From Edaphobacter aggregans (GTDB taxonomy: Bacteria > Acidobacteriota > Terriglobia > Terriglobales > Acidobacteriaceae): 32,000 nucleotides of DNA. Within the stretch, counting starts at the first letter, position 1. The number at the start of each line of letters is the position of its first letter. The notes under the pieces are model-generated. The model had not been told where the DNA came from, made no database searches, and worked only from the letters and a program-made list of their open reading frames with translations. Both the position numbers and the translations under genes were made by a program. Location of the stretch: NCBI RefSeq assembly GCF_003945235.1, contig NZ_RSDW01000001.1, positions 2,370,001-2,402,000 on the forward strand, in the 5' to 3' direction. This document shows positions 15,512 through 24,133 of the stretch, piece by piece.

Positions 15512-15710
15512 AGCTGACGAGAAGTGAAAGTCAACGAACCGGGTTCGAATCCATGGACCCATTCAGGGTAGTCGCCACCTGTAACTAATTGAAAATAATG
15601 GTCGGCCCTAGTGGACGATTTTCGAACTTTCGATGAGACGATCCCTCTTTCAATGCCATCGATTCAAACTGCAGGGTGACTTTGGTGGAGATTCGGAAGG
15701 CATCAAGATA

Positions 15711-15733
15711 GATCGAACCAGGGTGGTCCGATC
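15711..15733 (-). terminator. Candidate terminator hairpin downstream of the TonB-dependent receptor gene
   Basis: GATCGAACCA-ggg-TGGTCCGATC, a 10-bp stem with one mismatch, lies 16 nt after the TAA stop (comp 15749-15751). On the minus strand it is followed by UAUCUUGAU. The U-tract is weak. Confidence 0.4.
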
Positions 15734-15748
15734 TATCTCGTATCCCTG

Positions 15749-18700
15749 TTAGAAATCGATTCTCAATGCAAGTTGGCCGGTACGATTGCCCGCATTTTCC
15801 GCTGTTTGCGGAGCGCTTAAGACACCGAAGGTCGTTGAGTTGTCGATTTGTGTGGCGGGCGGTGCAAAGTTCGTGTGGTTTAGAACGTTGGTGAAAGTAC
15901 ACTCAAAGCGTGCTTTCACTCGTTCAGTGAACGCATAGTTCTTCGCCAGTCCAAGCGCAACGGCTGCTGTGCCTGGCCCCTGAAGGATGCCGACGCCTGC
16001 ATTTCCGAACCGGCCTGCTCCAACTGGAGTGGGAGAGAACGCAGCCAGGTTGAAGTACTGGCCACGTGACAGTCCTTTGTAATAGTCGTGCGAAATGACG
16101 TCGGGACGGAGCGTGGCACCACGATTCACGACATTGGTATTGGACTGGTCGTAAGACGTGCTGATGTTGGGTGTGAGCCATGGTCCGGTCTGGAGCAAGG
16201 TAACGTTATTGAGCTCCCATCCGCCGAGGAGTGCGTTCCTCCAGCCGCCGGTGTTGAGGAACGCCCTCCCGTCGCCGAAAGGCAACTGGTAGAGACCAGT
16301 CAGCAGGAACCGGTTGCGCCGATCTCCTTCTACGTTCCCGTAGTCGCTGGCGATGTGGAAACGGTCGGTAATCGGAATGCCGTAATTAACTTCACCGGCG
16401 AATGCTGTTGGAGTGCTTCCCTGGTTGTCCGCCAGATTCTTGGCCAACGTGTAATTCGCCTTGAAGTACAGGTCGTGGGCCATGCGGTGTGTTCCCTCTA
16501 CTTGCAGGGCCTCGTAGTTTGCTTTACCGGCGTTAAAGGTACTGAAGAGTGTAAACCAGTTAGGATAGGGCGCACGCGGATCAACGTAAGGGCTGGTTGC
16601 TGTTGTCTGATACGGTGATGTGCTTGCGGGAATCTGGTTCAGGTCTTCTGTGATGTTTAAGCGGTACGAGTGCATACCAACATAGCTGACACGCAGAGTA
16701 TCGTTGCCGGTTAGCTGGCGTTCAACAGTGAGATTCCATTGGTTCGACTGCGGGTCGCGGTAGTTGGGGGAAACTCCTTGATCAAGTCCGCCACCACCAT
16801 ACTGGATACCGGCAATTGACGGAGCGGTGTTCGGGAATTGGATCAAGGGCGTTCCAGCCGCGGTGAGTGCGTTTGTATATGTGTGCAGATTTGATGTCGG
16901 GTTGCCACTGTTATTGAACGAGAGCGGCCCAAGGTTGGTCATTGTAAATACACCGAACCCGGCGCGGATTACGGTCTTCGTATCGTTGAATGGACGATAG
17001 GCCAACGAGAAACGTGGTTGAAAGTTTCCGAAGTAAGTCTTACGCAGACCCTGAGGCAAGTGATCCTGACTTGCTGTTACGTAATTTGAACAGGGCAATG
17101 CGGTGTAACCGAGACTGCACGCATTGAAGGACTGTTGGAATGCCAGGTTCGAGCCTTGAATCTTCTGCTGTGCAAGGTAGGAGGACAGGTCGTCCGGTAC
17201 GACGATCGAGTTGTTCTTCTGGTCAAAGTTGGCCAGATTGCCTCCATCTTCGCGCATCGCTGGAAGAACCTGCCAACGCAAGCCATAGCTCAGAGTAAGT
17301 CTGCTGTTTAGTTGAAACTCGTCTTGCGCAAACAGCCCGTATTGCCAGGCGCTACCGCCTACATCAGGACTTGATACCGCAAAGAATAGGGTCGTAGGCG
17401 TGCCTTCAAGAAAATCTCCAAATGCAGTGCCGGTGAATGTCGGTTGAAAGGTAAACTGCCCAAAATCATCAGACGGCAGGAAGAGCTCAACATCAAAGTA
17501 ACGGACACGGCGAGCATCAATGCCTGCTTTAAGCGTGTGCTTGCCGATGGTGTAAGTTACGTTGTCAGTAAATTGCATGGTCTTCGACTGAGTTACACCG
17601 GTCTTGTCGCGACCGATCGGGGTGAAGCCATTGCCGGCACTGAAGTTAAATGTTGGGAACGCGTGTGTGGTTGGGTGTTGGCTAATGTCCACGCCACTGA
17701 GATCGAGTTGCGTCAGGGCATTCGCGCCTTCTATGGGGAACCCAACACTAGTAGTCGCATTCGTGAAGCCATATCGAAATTCGTTCACGAGCTTCGAAGT
17801 GATGGTGTAGGTATAGGAAACGAGCAGGCTGCGATTATGGATGCTATCAGCATCGTTTGGTAGAAGAGGGTTGGCGTAGTCCTGCGTGATGTTCTTCCTG
17901 CTGAATCTCGCATAGGCCGATTGCTTCGCGGTGATCGTCTGGTCGATGCGGAGATCAGCCCCATCCGTTCGGGCCGGGGTCGATTGAAAGTTTTCGTAAT
18001 TGTAGTTGGATTTTCCTGTTACGTTTGGCAATGGATAGTATGCAAGCAGTGCGATGGCGGTCGGATTGATATTACTTTGCGGAATGACCGGGCTGCCGAG
18101 GGCAGTCAGGTCTCCGTTGCGCTCTGCCTGTGTGGGAACCAAGAACTGCTGGGCGACAGCGGTCGTGCGGCGATTGCCCTCGTAGTCGGCAAAGAAGAAG
18201 GTTTTGTCCTTGCCGTTATATAGACGCGGGATGTGCACAGGGCCTCCGAGCGATCCTCCAAATGTATTGAATCGTTTTGGAGCCTTGCCGTTGAATCCAT
18301 AAGGATTTGCATCAAGAGCACTGTTCTGCAAGTATTCAAATGCGCTGCCGTGATACTGATTTGTGCCACTCTTGGTCGTGAAGGTAACGTCCCCGACCTG
18401 CGAAAACTCGGCGCTATTGTTGAAGGCCGTCACTCGGATAGCCGAGATTCCTTCCTGTGAAGGATAGGCGTCCTGCAGCGCACCATTCTGTCGCACATTC
18501 GCGGTGGAGATGCCATCAACCGAGAAATTCACCATTGCGCCGCTCGCGCCACTGAGGGCTATATTGCCCGAACTGTCCTGTTGCACATTTGCCGAGAGTG
18601 CAAGCGCGCCAAGAGGGCTCGTCGTGGTTGCGCGGTTATTCAGGGGAAGTTGTGTAATGAGCTGATTGTCCTTCGAGTCGCTTAGAGTTCCGTTTTCCGT

Positions 18701-19192
18701 ATTGATCTGATCAGATGCGGCGCTCACTTCAACAACTGTGGGTTTAGCGGATGCAATAGCAAGCGTGATCGGGATGCGGAGGTCTTGTCGCGTTTCCAGC
18801 GATGCAGAGTTAACGACTGCGTCTGCGAAGCCATCGTGACGGATTGTGAGTTGGTAGTGTCCTGGCTTAAGGTTCTCGGCGACAAACTCACCCGCGTCGC
18901 CGGTCGTGACCTGCCTGTCTACATTCTCATCCAGCGAGTGGATTGTTACGGCTGCTCCTGGGACCACCGCTCCAGAAGAGTCTTGCACTACGCCTCGAAT
19001 ACTGCCAAAGGTGGACTGACAGAAGGCGTTGGGGATTGGCATCGCACCCCACACAAACATGAGGAGCCACATAACAGATATTCTTCTGCAGAGCGATAAT
19101 GGCCTTTCATGGCGTAGTGCAGTAGCGGCGGTGTTTTGTGAAGCGACACTTGTTGTGCGACCAATGGAAGGCAGGCCTCGAGAGTTCGTCAT
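15749..19192 (-). CDS. TonB-dependent outer-membrane receptor with an N-terminal carboxypeptidase-regulatory-like domain (1147 aa)
   Basis: GGAGA SD lies about 7 nt before the ATG at 19192. Signal-like segment RRISVMWLLMFVWGAMPIPNAFC/Q. CarboxypepD_reg-like segment STFGSIRGVVQDSSGAVVPGAAVTIHSLDENVDRQVTTGDAGEFVAENLKPGHYQLTIRHDGF. The long Gly/Asn/aromatic-rich barrel ends in the OMP-type terminal ...GQLALRIDF. Confidence 0.88.
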   Translation of the reverse strand: MTNSRGLPSIGRTTSVASQNTAATALRHERPLSLCRRISVMWLLMFVWGAMPIPNAFCQSTFGSIRGVVQDSSGAVVPGAAVTIHSLDENVDRQVTTGDAGEFVAENLKPGHYQLTIRHDGFADAVVNSASLETRQDLRIPITLAIASAKPTVVEVSAASDQINTENGTLSDSKDNQLITQLPLNNRATTTSPLGALALSANVQQDSSGNIALSGASGAMVNFSVDGISTANVRQNGALQDAYPSQEGISAIRVTAFNNSAEFSQVGDVTFTTKSGTNQYHGSAFEYLQNSALDANPYGFNGKAPKRFNTFGGSLGGPVHIPRLYNGKDKTFFFADYEGNRRTTAVAQQFLVPTQAERNGDLTALGSPVIPQSNINPTAIALLAYYPLPNVTGKSNYNYENFQSTPARTDGADLRIDQTITAKQSAYARFSRKNITQDYANPLLPNDADSIHNRSLLVSYTYTITSKLVNEFRYGFTNATTSVGFPIEGANALTQLDLSGVDISQHPTTHAFPTFNFSAGNGFTPIGRDKTGVTQSKTMQFTDNVTYTIGKHTLKAGIDARRVRYFDVELFLPSDDFGQFTFQPTFTGTAFGDFLEGTPTTLFFAVSSPDVGGSAWQYGLFAQDEFQLNSRLTLSYGLRWQVLPAMREDGGNLANFDQKNNSIVVPDDLSSYLAQQKIQGSNLAFQQSFNACSLGYTALPCSNYVTASQDHLPQGLRKTYFGNFQPRFSLAYRPFNDTKTVIRAGFGVFTMTNLGPLSFNNSGNPTSNLHTYTNALTAAGTPLIQFPNTAPSIAGIQYGGGGLDQGVSPNYRDPQSNQWNLTVERQLTGNDTLRVSYVGMHSYRLNITEDLNQIPASTSPYQTTATSPYVDPRAPYPNWFTLFSTFNAGKANYEALQVEGTHRMAHDLYFKANYTLAKNLADNQGSTPTAFAGEVNYGIPITDRFHIASDYGNVEGDRRNRFLLTGLYQLPFGDGRAFLNTGGWRNALLGGWELNNVTLLQTGPWLTPNISTSYDQSNTNVVNRGATLRPDVISHDYYKGLSRGQYFNLAAFSPTPVGAGRFGNAGVGILQGPGTAAVALGLAKNYAFTERVKARFECTFTNVLNHTNFAPPATQIDNSTTFGVLSAPQTAENAGNRTGQLALRIDF

Positions 19193-19280
19193 AATTGTTC
19201 TCCGGATCGATGGCTGGCTAATCGCCAGCTTTCGATGCTAGGAGACAATGGCCGTCATAATTGCTCCATAACTGAGACTC

Positions 19281-19312
19281 GCTTCTTTACGCTTTCTTTA
19301 CAGCTTTCTTAA
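19281..19312. promoter_or_regulatory. Three head-to-tail copies of a GCTTTCTTTAC-like motif (10-11 bp period) in the divergent TBDR/kinase promoter region
   Basis: GCTTCTTTAC (19281), GCTTTCTTTAC (19291), AGCTTTCTTAA (19302). Confidence 0.4.
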
Positions 19313-19380
19313 ATGCGTACATCAGGGGTATGGAAGTCTACTCCATTTCTTATACGCGAGACGAAGCATTACATTCTCAC

Positions 19381-19402
19381 GCTTTCATTACGGTTTACTT
19401 AT
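19381..19402. promoter_or_regulatory. Two further tandem copies of the same motif, 32-53 bp upstream of the kinase start
   Basis: GCTTTCATTAC (19381), GGTTTACTTAT (19392). Confidence 0.35.
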
Positions 19403-19433
19403 GGACTAAGCGATATGCTTCGCCTTAACAACG

Positions 19434-20876
19434 ATGCCCAGATCATGGTTTCAGCGTCCTTTGCGTTTACTGGCCAGCGCGATAATCATTGCGCTAGTGG
19501 CGATCATCGCGTATGGCGCCCATGCGAAATCATTCGCCGCGGGCTTTCTGTTCTTGTTCCCCATCATGTTGATTGCTTTCGGATGGGGCTTCGTTGAGGC
19601 AAGTATTGCGTCCGTGCTAGCAGTCGGCTGCTTGGATTATTTCTTCACCGAACCGCTTTTTCACTTTTATATGACGGACCCACAAGACTGGGTTGCGCTT
19701 GTCGGTTTCGGGACGATCGTTCTCGTTGTCAGCCAGTTTGCTGATCGTCTGAAACGGCATGCGACTGAAGCTAGTATGCAGCGTGTGCAGGTTGAGAAGT
19801 TATATCGCATGAGCAGAGACATTCTTCTGCTAAATCGGCGAACCGCAATTGGGCCGCAACTCGTTCAACTTATTCTTGAAGCATTCGATCTTGACGGGGT
19901 GTCGCTGTGGGATGCTCGAGAGCCACGGCTGGATGTTGCAGGAAAGAGACTCATTCCCGAAGGTGAAATCCGCGCAACTTACATTCGCCAGCGACATGGT
20001 GTGGATGTTGTCAATGGCAAATTCATGCGTGTCTTGCTTCTAGGCAGTAGGGCTATCGGCGCAATCGGCTTGGTGTGCAAGACCGCTGAGGGCAGCATTG
20101 ATGGTCAAACCATTGACGCTATTACTTCGTTGACTGCTCTAGCGTTAGAGCGGTGGCATTCGTTTAAGTCAGAGAGTGAGGCCGAAGCTGCGAAACAGAA
20201 CGAACAACTGCGCTCTGCAGTGCTGGATGGGTTGTCACATGCGTTCAAGACTCCTTTAACTACGATTCAGGGAGCGAGTTCCGGACTGCTGGAGATTGGG
20301 CCCCTTGGCTTAGCGCAAGAAGAACTTGTGGCCCTCATCAATGAGGAGGCGATTCGCCTGAGCGAATTGACAACGCAGGCGCTCCAAACCGCCAGAATAG
20401 ACAGCGCAGACCTCAGGGTGAGCAAAGAAGCAGTCCAAGTCCAATCGCTGCTGGAAGATATATCTGAACAATGTTCGCAACATTTATCGTCACATCTGAT
20501 GCGTGTCCAAGACGAGATGACAAACAAATGTGTCTGGGCGGATGGGCGTCTGCTGAAGCTCGCGTTGCTTGAGTTAGTAGACAACGCTTCAAAATATGCC
20601 GACGCCGAAGCACCGATTACATTGCGCGCGTCACTGATTGGACCTGACATCACCTTCAGCGTGCAAAACGAAGGATCGTACATCGCCCCTGAAGAGAGAC
20701 TTCGCATATTTCGACGCTTCTATCGATCACCAGGCTCGCAGTATCGAGCCGCAGGAACAGGTATCGGGCTGTCTTTCGTCAAGCGAATTGCTGAAGCGCA
20801 TTCTGGCCATGTGTGGGTCGAGAGCGGACGTGAGATCGGCACAACTTTCTTCTTTTCACTCCCAACATCTTTCTAG
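19434..20876 (+). CDS. Sensor histidine kinase with a DUF4118/KdpD-type membrane module (no KdpD N-terminal or Usp domains), 480 aa
   Basis: Four N-terminal hydrophobic helices (LLASAIIIALVAIIAYGA, FLFLFPIMLIAFGWGF, ASIASVLAVGCLDYFF, WVALVGFGTIVLVVSQF). A central GAF-like stretch. H-box LSHAFKTPLTTIQG. ATPase motifs ELVDNASKY and GTGIGLSFVKRIAEAHSGHVWVES. Confidence 0.85.
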   Translation: MPRSWFQRPLRLLASAIIIALVAIIAYGAHAKSFAAGFLFLFPIMLIAFGWGFVEASIASVLAVGCLDYFFTEPLFHFYMTDPQDWVALVGFGTIVLVVSQFADRLKRHATEASMQRVQVEKLYRMSRDILLLNRRTAIGPQLVQLILEAFDLDGVSLWDAREPRLDVAGKRLIPEGEIRATYIRQRHGVDVVNGKFMRVLLLGSRAIGAIGLVCKTAEGSIDGQTIDAITSLTALALERWHSFKSESEAEAAKQNEQLRSAVLDGLSHAFKTPLTTIQGASSGLLEIGPLGLAQEELVALINEEAIRLSELTTQALQTARIDSADLRVSKEAVQVQSLLEDISEQCSQHLSSHLMRVQDEMTNKCVWADGRLLKLALLELVDNASKYADAEAPITLRASLIGPDITFSVQNEGSYIAPEERLRIFRRFYRSPGSQYRAAGTGIGLSFVKRIAEAHSGHVWVESGREIGTTFFFSLPTSF

Positions 20877-20884
20877 GAGATCAT

Positions 20885-21583
20885 TTGAACCAATTTGATG
20901 GAAGAGTATTGATTGTTGAGGACGATTCGTCCGTGAGACGTGCCCTGCGCACTACGCTCGATGCTCTTGGTTTCGATATAGGTGAGGCGAGTAATGGAGA
21001 AGAAGCCCTTCAACGCTTGCGAATGGTCGACTATGAAGCAGTTGTGCTCGACATCAATATGCCTGGCATCGGAGGCATAGAAACTTGTCGGCGAATCCGT
21101 CGGGTCTTCACCAGACTTCCAATTCTTGTACTAACTGTACGAGACAGCGAGGACGACAAAGTTGAGGCACTCGAGGCGGGGGCGGATGACTATGTCATTA
21201 AACCGTTTCAAATCCGGGAACTGGTCGCAAGAATCCGGAGTGCGATCCGTAGATTTCGTGCACCTGAATCTCCGTCAGAGATGCCAATTACGATCCGCGA
21301 CATCGTGCTTGACCCTGTACGCCGTCGGGTCGAGCGCAGTGGAGTTGAAGTGCGGCTTACTCCGCGAGAGTTCGACGCGTTGCAAGTTCTGATGGAACAC
21401 GCGGGTCGTCCCATCACACATTCACGACTCCTGGCAGCTTTGCGCGGCCCAGGCTCGGGAGATGATCGTGAATACTTGCGTGTGCTAATCGGTCAACTTC
21501 GCAAAAAACTAGTAGACAATGCTATTGATCCTGAATACATAGTGACTGATAGCTATATTGGGTATCGCTTTCGCGATGCCTAG
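20885..21583 (+). CDS. OmpR/PhoB-family (KdpE-like) response regulator, 232 aa, TTG start
   Basis: AGGAGA (20875-20880) overlaps the kinase stop and lies 4 nt before the TTG. Receiver domain (RVLIVEDDSSVRR..., AVVLDINMPGIGG, DDYVIKPF). Winged-helix output domain (VRLTPREFDALQVLMEHAGRPITHSRLL...YIGYRF). Confidence 0.88.
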   Translation: MNQFDGRVLIVEDDSSVRRALRTTLDALGFDIGEASNGEEALQRLRMVDYEAVVLDINMPGIGGIETCRRIRRVFTRLPILVLTVRDSEDDKVEALEAGADDYVIKPFQIRELVARIRSAIRRFRAPESPSEMPITIRDIVLDPVRRRVERSGVEVRLTPREFDALQVLMEHAGRPITHSRLLAALRGPGSGDDREYLRVLIGQLRKKLVDNAIDPEYIVTDSYIGYRFRDA

Positions 21584-21617
21584 CTCTATGACGTTGCAAA
21601 ATGCCGTTGCGATTTTC

Positions 21618-21965
21618 TTACGGACGAATCATAGGCTTCCCATCCTGCAAAACTCGTTGTATACATTCTGGGATTGTGGCCAATCGATGGCATTCGATGC
21701 AACAGCGACTGAGTAGCTTTCTATTCTGGTCGGTTACCCCATTGGCCAGTAAATCGCGATGACATTTCGGATTACGGCGGCGAACATGATCGAGAAATGC
21801 TTCTGGACGGATATGCAGTTGTGATGGGTTCTTCGTACAGTAATCAAAGGATGATCGCCAAGTCATCTCCGGTACTCCTGCTAGCGCATAAGCGATTTGT
21901 CTCGGCTCGCTTTTATAGCGTCCGCTCTTCAGAAACTCCCAAAGATCACCGACATGTTCAGTCAT
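21618..21965 (-). CDS. Hypothetical protein (115 aa, several Cys/His); no recognisable family
   Basis: Clean ORF with ordinary composition. There is no convincing SD and I do not recognise any motif. It lies between the response regulator and the recombinase. Confidence 0.4.
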   Translation of the reverse strand: MTEHVGDLWEFLKSGRYKSEPRQIAYALAGVPEMTWRSSFDYCTKNPSQLHIRPEAFLDHVRRRNPKCHRDLLANGVTDQNRKLLSRCCIECHRLATIPECIQRVLQDGKPMIRP

Positions 21966-22323
21966 TTTGATATAGCCTTCGGTAGATTCAGCACCCGGAC
22001 AAGCTAGCTTGATCGTCTTAAGTAGTTGTTCGAGGGCTGCCCAAGGAGTCCGACACCTCCTTTGAGACCTATTGCACAGGCATGTATCTGCGCAGAATGG
22101 CTGAGGAAGACGGGATGTAGGCTCTCGGAACCTTTATCTCACGCAACAGCAAGGGCAATACAGCGTGGGCCTGGGGCAAATATCAGGCGTTTCTGCCTTC
22201 CTGTTTCGAAGGAACGTCCCTTACAAATGCAGCCTTGCAGTTCGCTTTTGAACAATCGCTCCATAGACAGTTGACCGCTTAGGGCGGCGATGTTGTTATC
22301 CTCAAATTCCCACCGGAGGCACC

Positions 22324-23774
22324 ATGACCCAGGCCCTGATCTACACCCGCGTATCGAGCCGCGAACAGGAGCAGGAAGGATTCTCTCTCGGAGCGCAAGC
22401 AAAACTCCTGAAGGACTATGCGGAACGAAACGGTTTCAAAATTGTTGCGGCCTTCGAAGACGTAGAGACGGCCAAAGCAACTGGCCGCATGCAATTTGGC
22501 GATATATGGTGACATATCTCAAACGGAACCGGTCATGCCGAATCTTGCTGGTGGAGAAAACCGATCGGCTTTACCGGAATCTGCGTGATGCCGTGACTGT
22601 CGAGGAGCTCGATATCGAGGTCCATCTCGTAAAGGAAGGCCAAATCGTATCGAAGGACTCGAAATCCCAAGCAAAACTTATTCACGGCATTCATCTAGTC
22701 ATGGCGCGGAACTATTCCGAGAATCTGCGCGAGGAAGCAAAGAAAGGGATGCTAGAGAAGGCCTCACAAGGCGGTTTTCCCGGTCTCGCACCGTTTGGAT
22801 ACCGGAACAACAAAGCGGAGCGCACCATCGAAATCGATCCGGTTGATTCTCTCATCGTGAGCCGATTGTTTGCACTGTACGCAACCGGTTCGCATACGCT
22901 CTCCACCCTCAAGAAAACAATCCACGCGGAAGCCGGTAAAAAGCTGAGTCGCGGCAATATTCACTTGATACTGAAAAATCGGTTTTATATCGGTTTTTTC
23001 GAGTGGGGTGGACAGACCTATCCCGGTATCCATCCGCTGTTCGTAAACCGGTCGGTCTTTGACCAAGTGCAATCGCTTCTAACCGGTCACAACCGGCCAA
23101 AGCCTTCCAAGCGGGAGATTGCCTTCCGTGGACTCATGCAATGCTCCTATGACGGTTGCCTGCTAACCGGCGACGTTCAGAAAGAGAAGTATGTCTACTA
23201 TCGCTGCACCGGACATCGGGGCAAGTGCGAACTTCCCCGCTTCCGGGAGGACGACATTTCCAATCGGTTGGGAGAGCCGCTGAAGGCACTCCAGGTGCCT
23301 CAGGAGGTCGTCTTGCAGATCGTCTCCGCCTTACGCGAGGATCAGCGTCGTGCAGCGAGCAAAATCATCACCGAGCGGTCTCGTCTGGAGTTACGGCTGA
23401 CCGGTATACGCAATCGGATGGACAGCGCATACGCAGACAAACTTGACGGCAAGATCCCAGAAGACTTCTGGGAACGCAAGATGACCGATTGGAGGATGGA
23501 AGAACAGCAGATCAAGATGGCGATGGATGGCCTGAGTAGTGCCGAAACCGGTGACCGGGCTTTGGACGCTCAGAGAATCTTCGAACTCGCGAATAAGGTC
23601 TATTCGCTGTATGTTTCGCAAGATTCGACCGAAAAGGCCAAATCGCTCAAAATGCTATTTTCGAACTGCTCTGTGGACGCCGTAAGTGTAACGCCTACAT
23701 ACAGAAAGCCCTTCGACATGATATTCAAAAGAGCTGTTTTGGAAGAATGGTCGGGACGACTAGATTCGAACTAG
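22324..23774 (+). pseudogene. Large serine recombinase (resolvase/invertase N-domain + recombinase domain + zinc ribbon + coiled coil), disrupted by a frameshift at 22502-22507
   Basis: GGAGG SD precedes the ATG at 22324. The catalytic domain MTQALIYTRVSSREQEQEGFSLGAQAKLLKDYAERNGFKIVAAFEDVETAKATGRMQFGD stops at TGA 22510-22512. The protein continues as MVTYLKRNRSCRILLVEKTDRLYRN... in the frame of track ORF 22290..23774. Removing one AT from the tract ATATAT (22502-22507) restores ...QFGDMVTYLKRN... Zinc-ribbon segment CSYDGCLLTGDVQKEKYVYYRCTGHRGKC. The last 9 codons (23748-23774) are antisense to the tRNA-Pro 3' end. Confidence 0.8.
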
Positions 23775-23824
23775 CGACCTCACCCACCCCAAGGGTGCGC
23801 TCTACCAGGCTGAGCCACGTCCCG
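23748..23824 (-). tRNA. tRNA-Pro (anticodon GGG), 77 nt, CCA encoded
   Basis: Hand-folded cloverleaf: CGGGACG-TG-GCTC-AGCCTGGTA-GAGC-G-CACCC-TTGGGGT-GGGTG-AGGTC-GCTAG-TTCGAAT-CTAGT-CGTCCCG-A-CCA. All stems pair, with one G-U in the T stem. U33 and G37 flank the GGG anticodon. Canonical GG in the D loop and TTCGAAT in the T loop. Confidence 0.93.
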
Positions 23825-24133
23825 ACTTTTTTCTGTCTCCAGAGCGGATGACAGGGGGTAAGCAACAGTTACCAGTGTACACGAATCGTGACCCTTGGTT
23901 GGGTCGCTGCGTTCCGTTGAATCGTGTTCGCTCACTGAAGTTCCTGGCTGTTTTTTTAACTTCCCAGATTTTTATTTTTTAAAGTGGAACACCCCAATGG
24001 AACGGGGTGTGTGTTCTCTTTCAACTCTTCTAACTCTATTTTAGCGAATGGCGCGAAATTAGTCGGCAATGCCCGATCTACTGCGGTGTCAATGACTTGG
24101 GTGAAGTCGGGACTTGACATGTTTCGGGAGCTT

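Larger units (their letters stand above)
14150..15600 (-). mobile_element. IS110-family insertion sequence (ends approximate; cannot be defined from a single copy)
   Basis: Contains the DEDD-type transposase gene 14209..15312 and structured non-coding flanks. IS110-family elements typically lack terminal inverted repeats, so the boundaries given are guesses. Confidence 0.6.

Noticed and set aside
15536-15565. tRNA-like T-loop sequence CCGGGTTCGAATCCATGG, considered as a possible tRNA fragment or att-site remnant
   Set aside because: The flanking bases do not form a T stem (CCGGG versus CCATG). No anticodon or acceptor arm can be folded upstream. The match to the tRNA-Pro T-arm is only the generic TTCGAAT core and is in the opposite orientation.
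19434-20876. Naming the kinase kdpD and the regulator kdpE
   Set aside because: Only the C-terminal membrane and catalytic architecture resembles KdpD. The diagnostic N-terminal domains and the kdp transporter genes are absent from the window, so no gene symbols are assigned.
22000-22011. Perfect 12-bp palindrome CAAGCTAGCTTG upstream of the recombinase, considered as a possible att core or operator
   Set aside because: It is a single short palindrome with no second copy or supporting context. It could arise by chance.
22290-22505. The 5' part of track ORF 22290..23774 (MLLSSNSHRRHHDPGPD...)
   Set aside because: This is not a real N-terminus. It is an out-of-frame read-through of the recombinase catalytic domain, which is encoded in the 22324 frame. 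The two frames join at the AT-tract frameshift.
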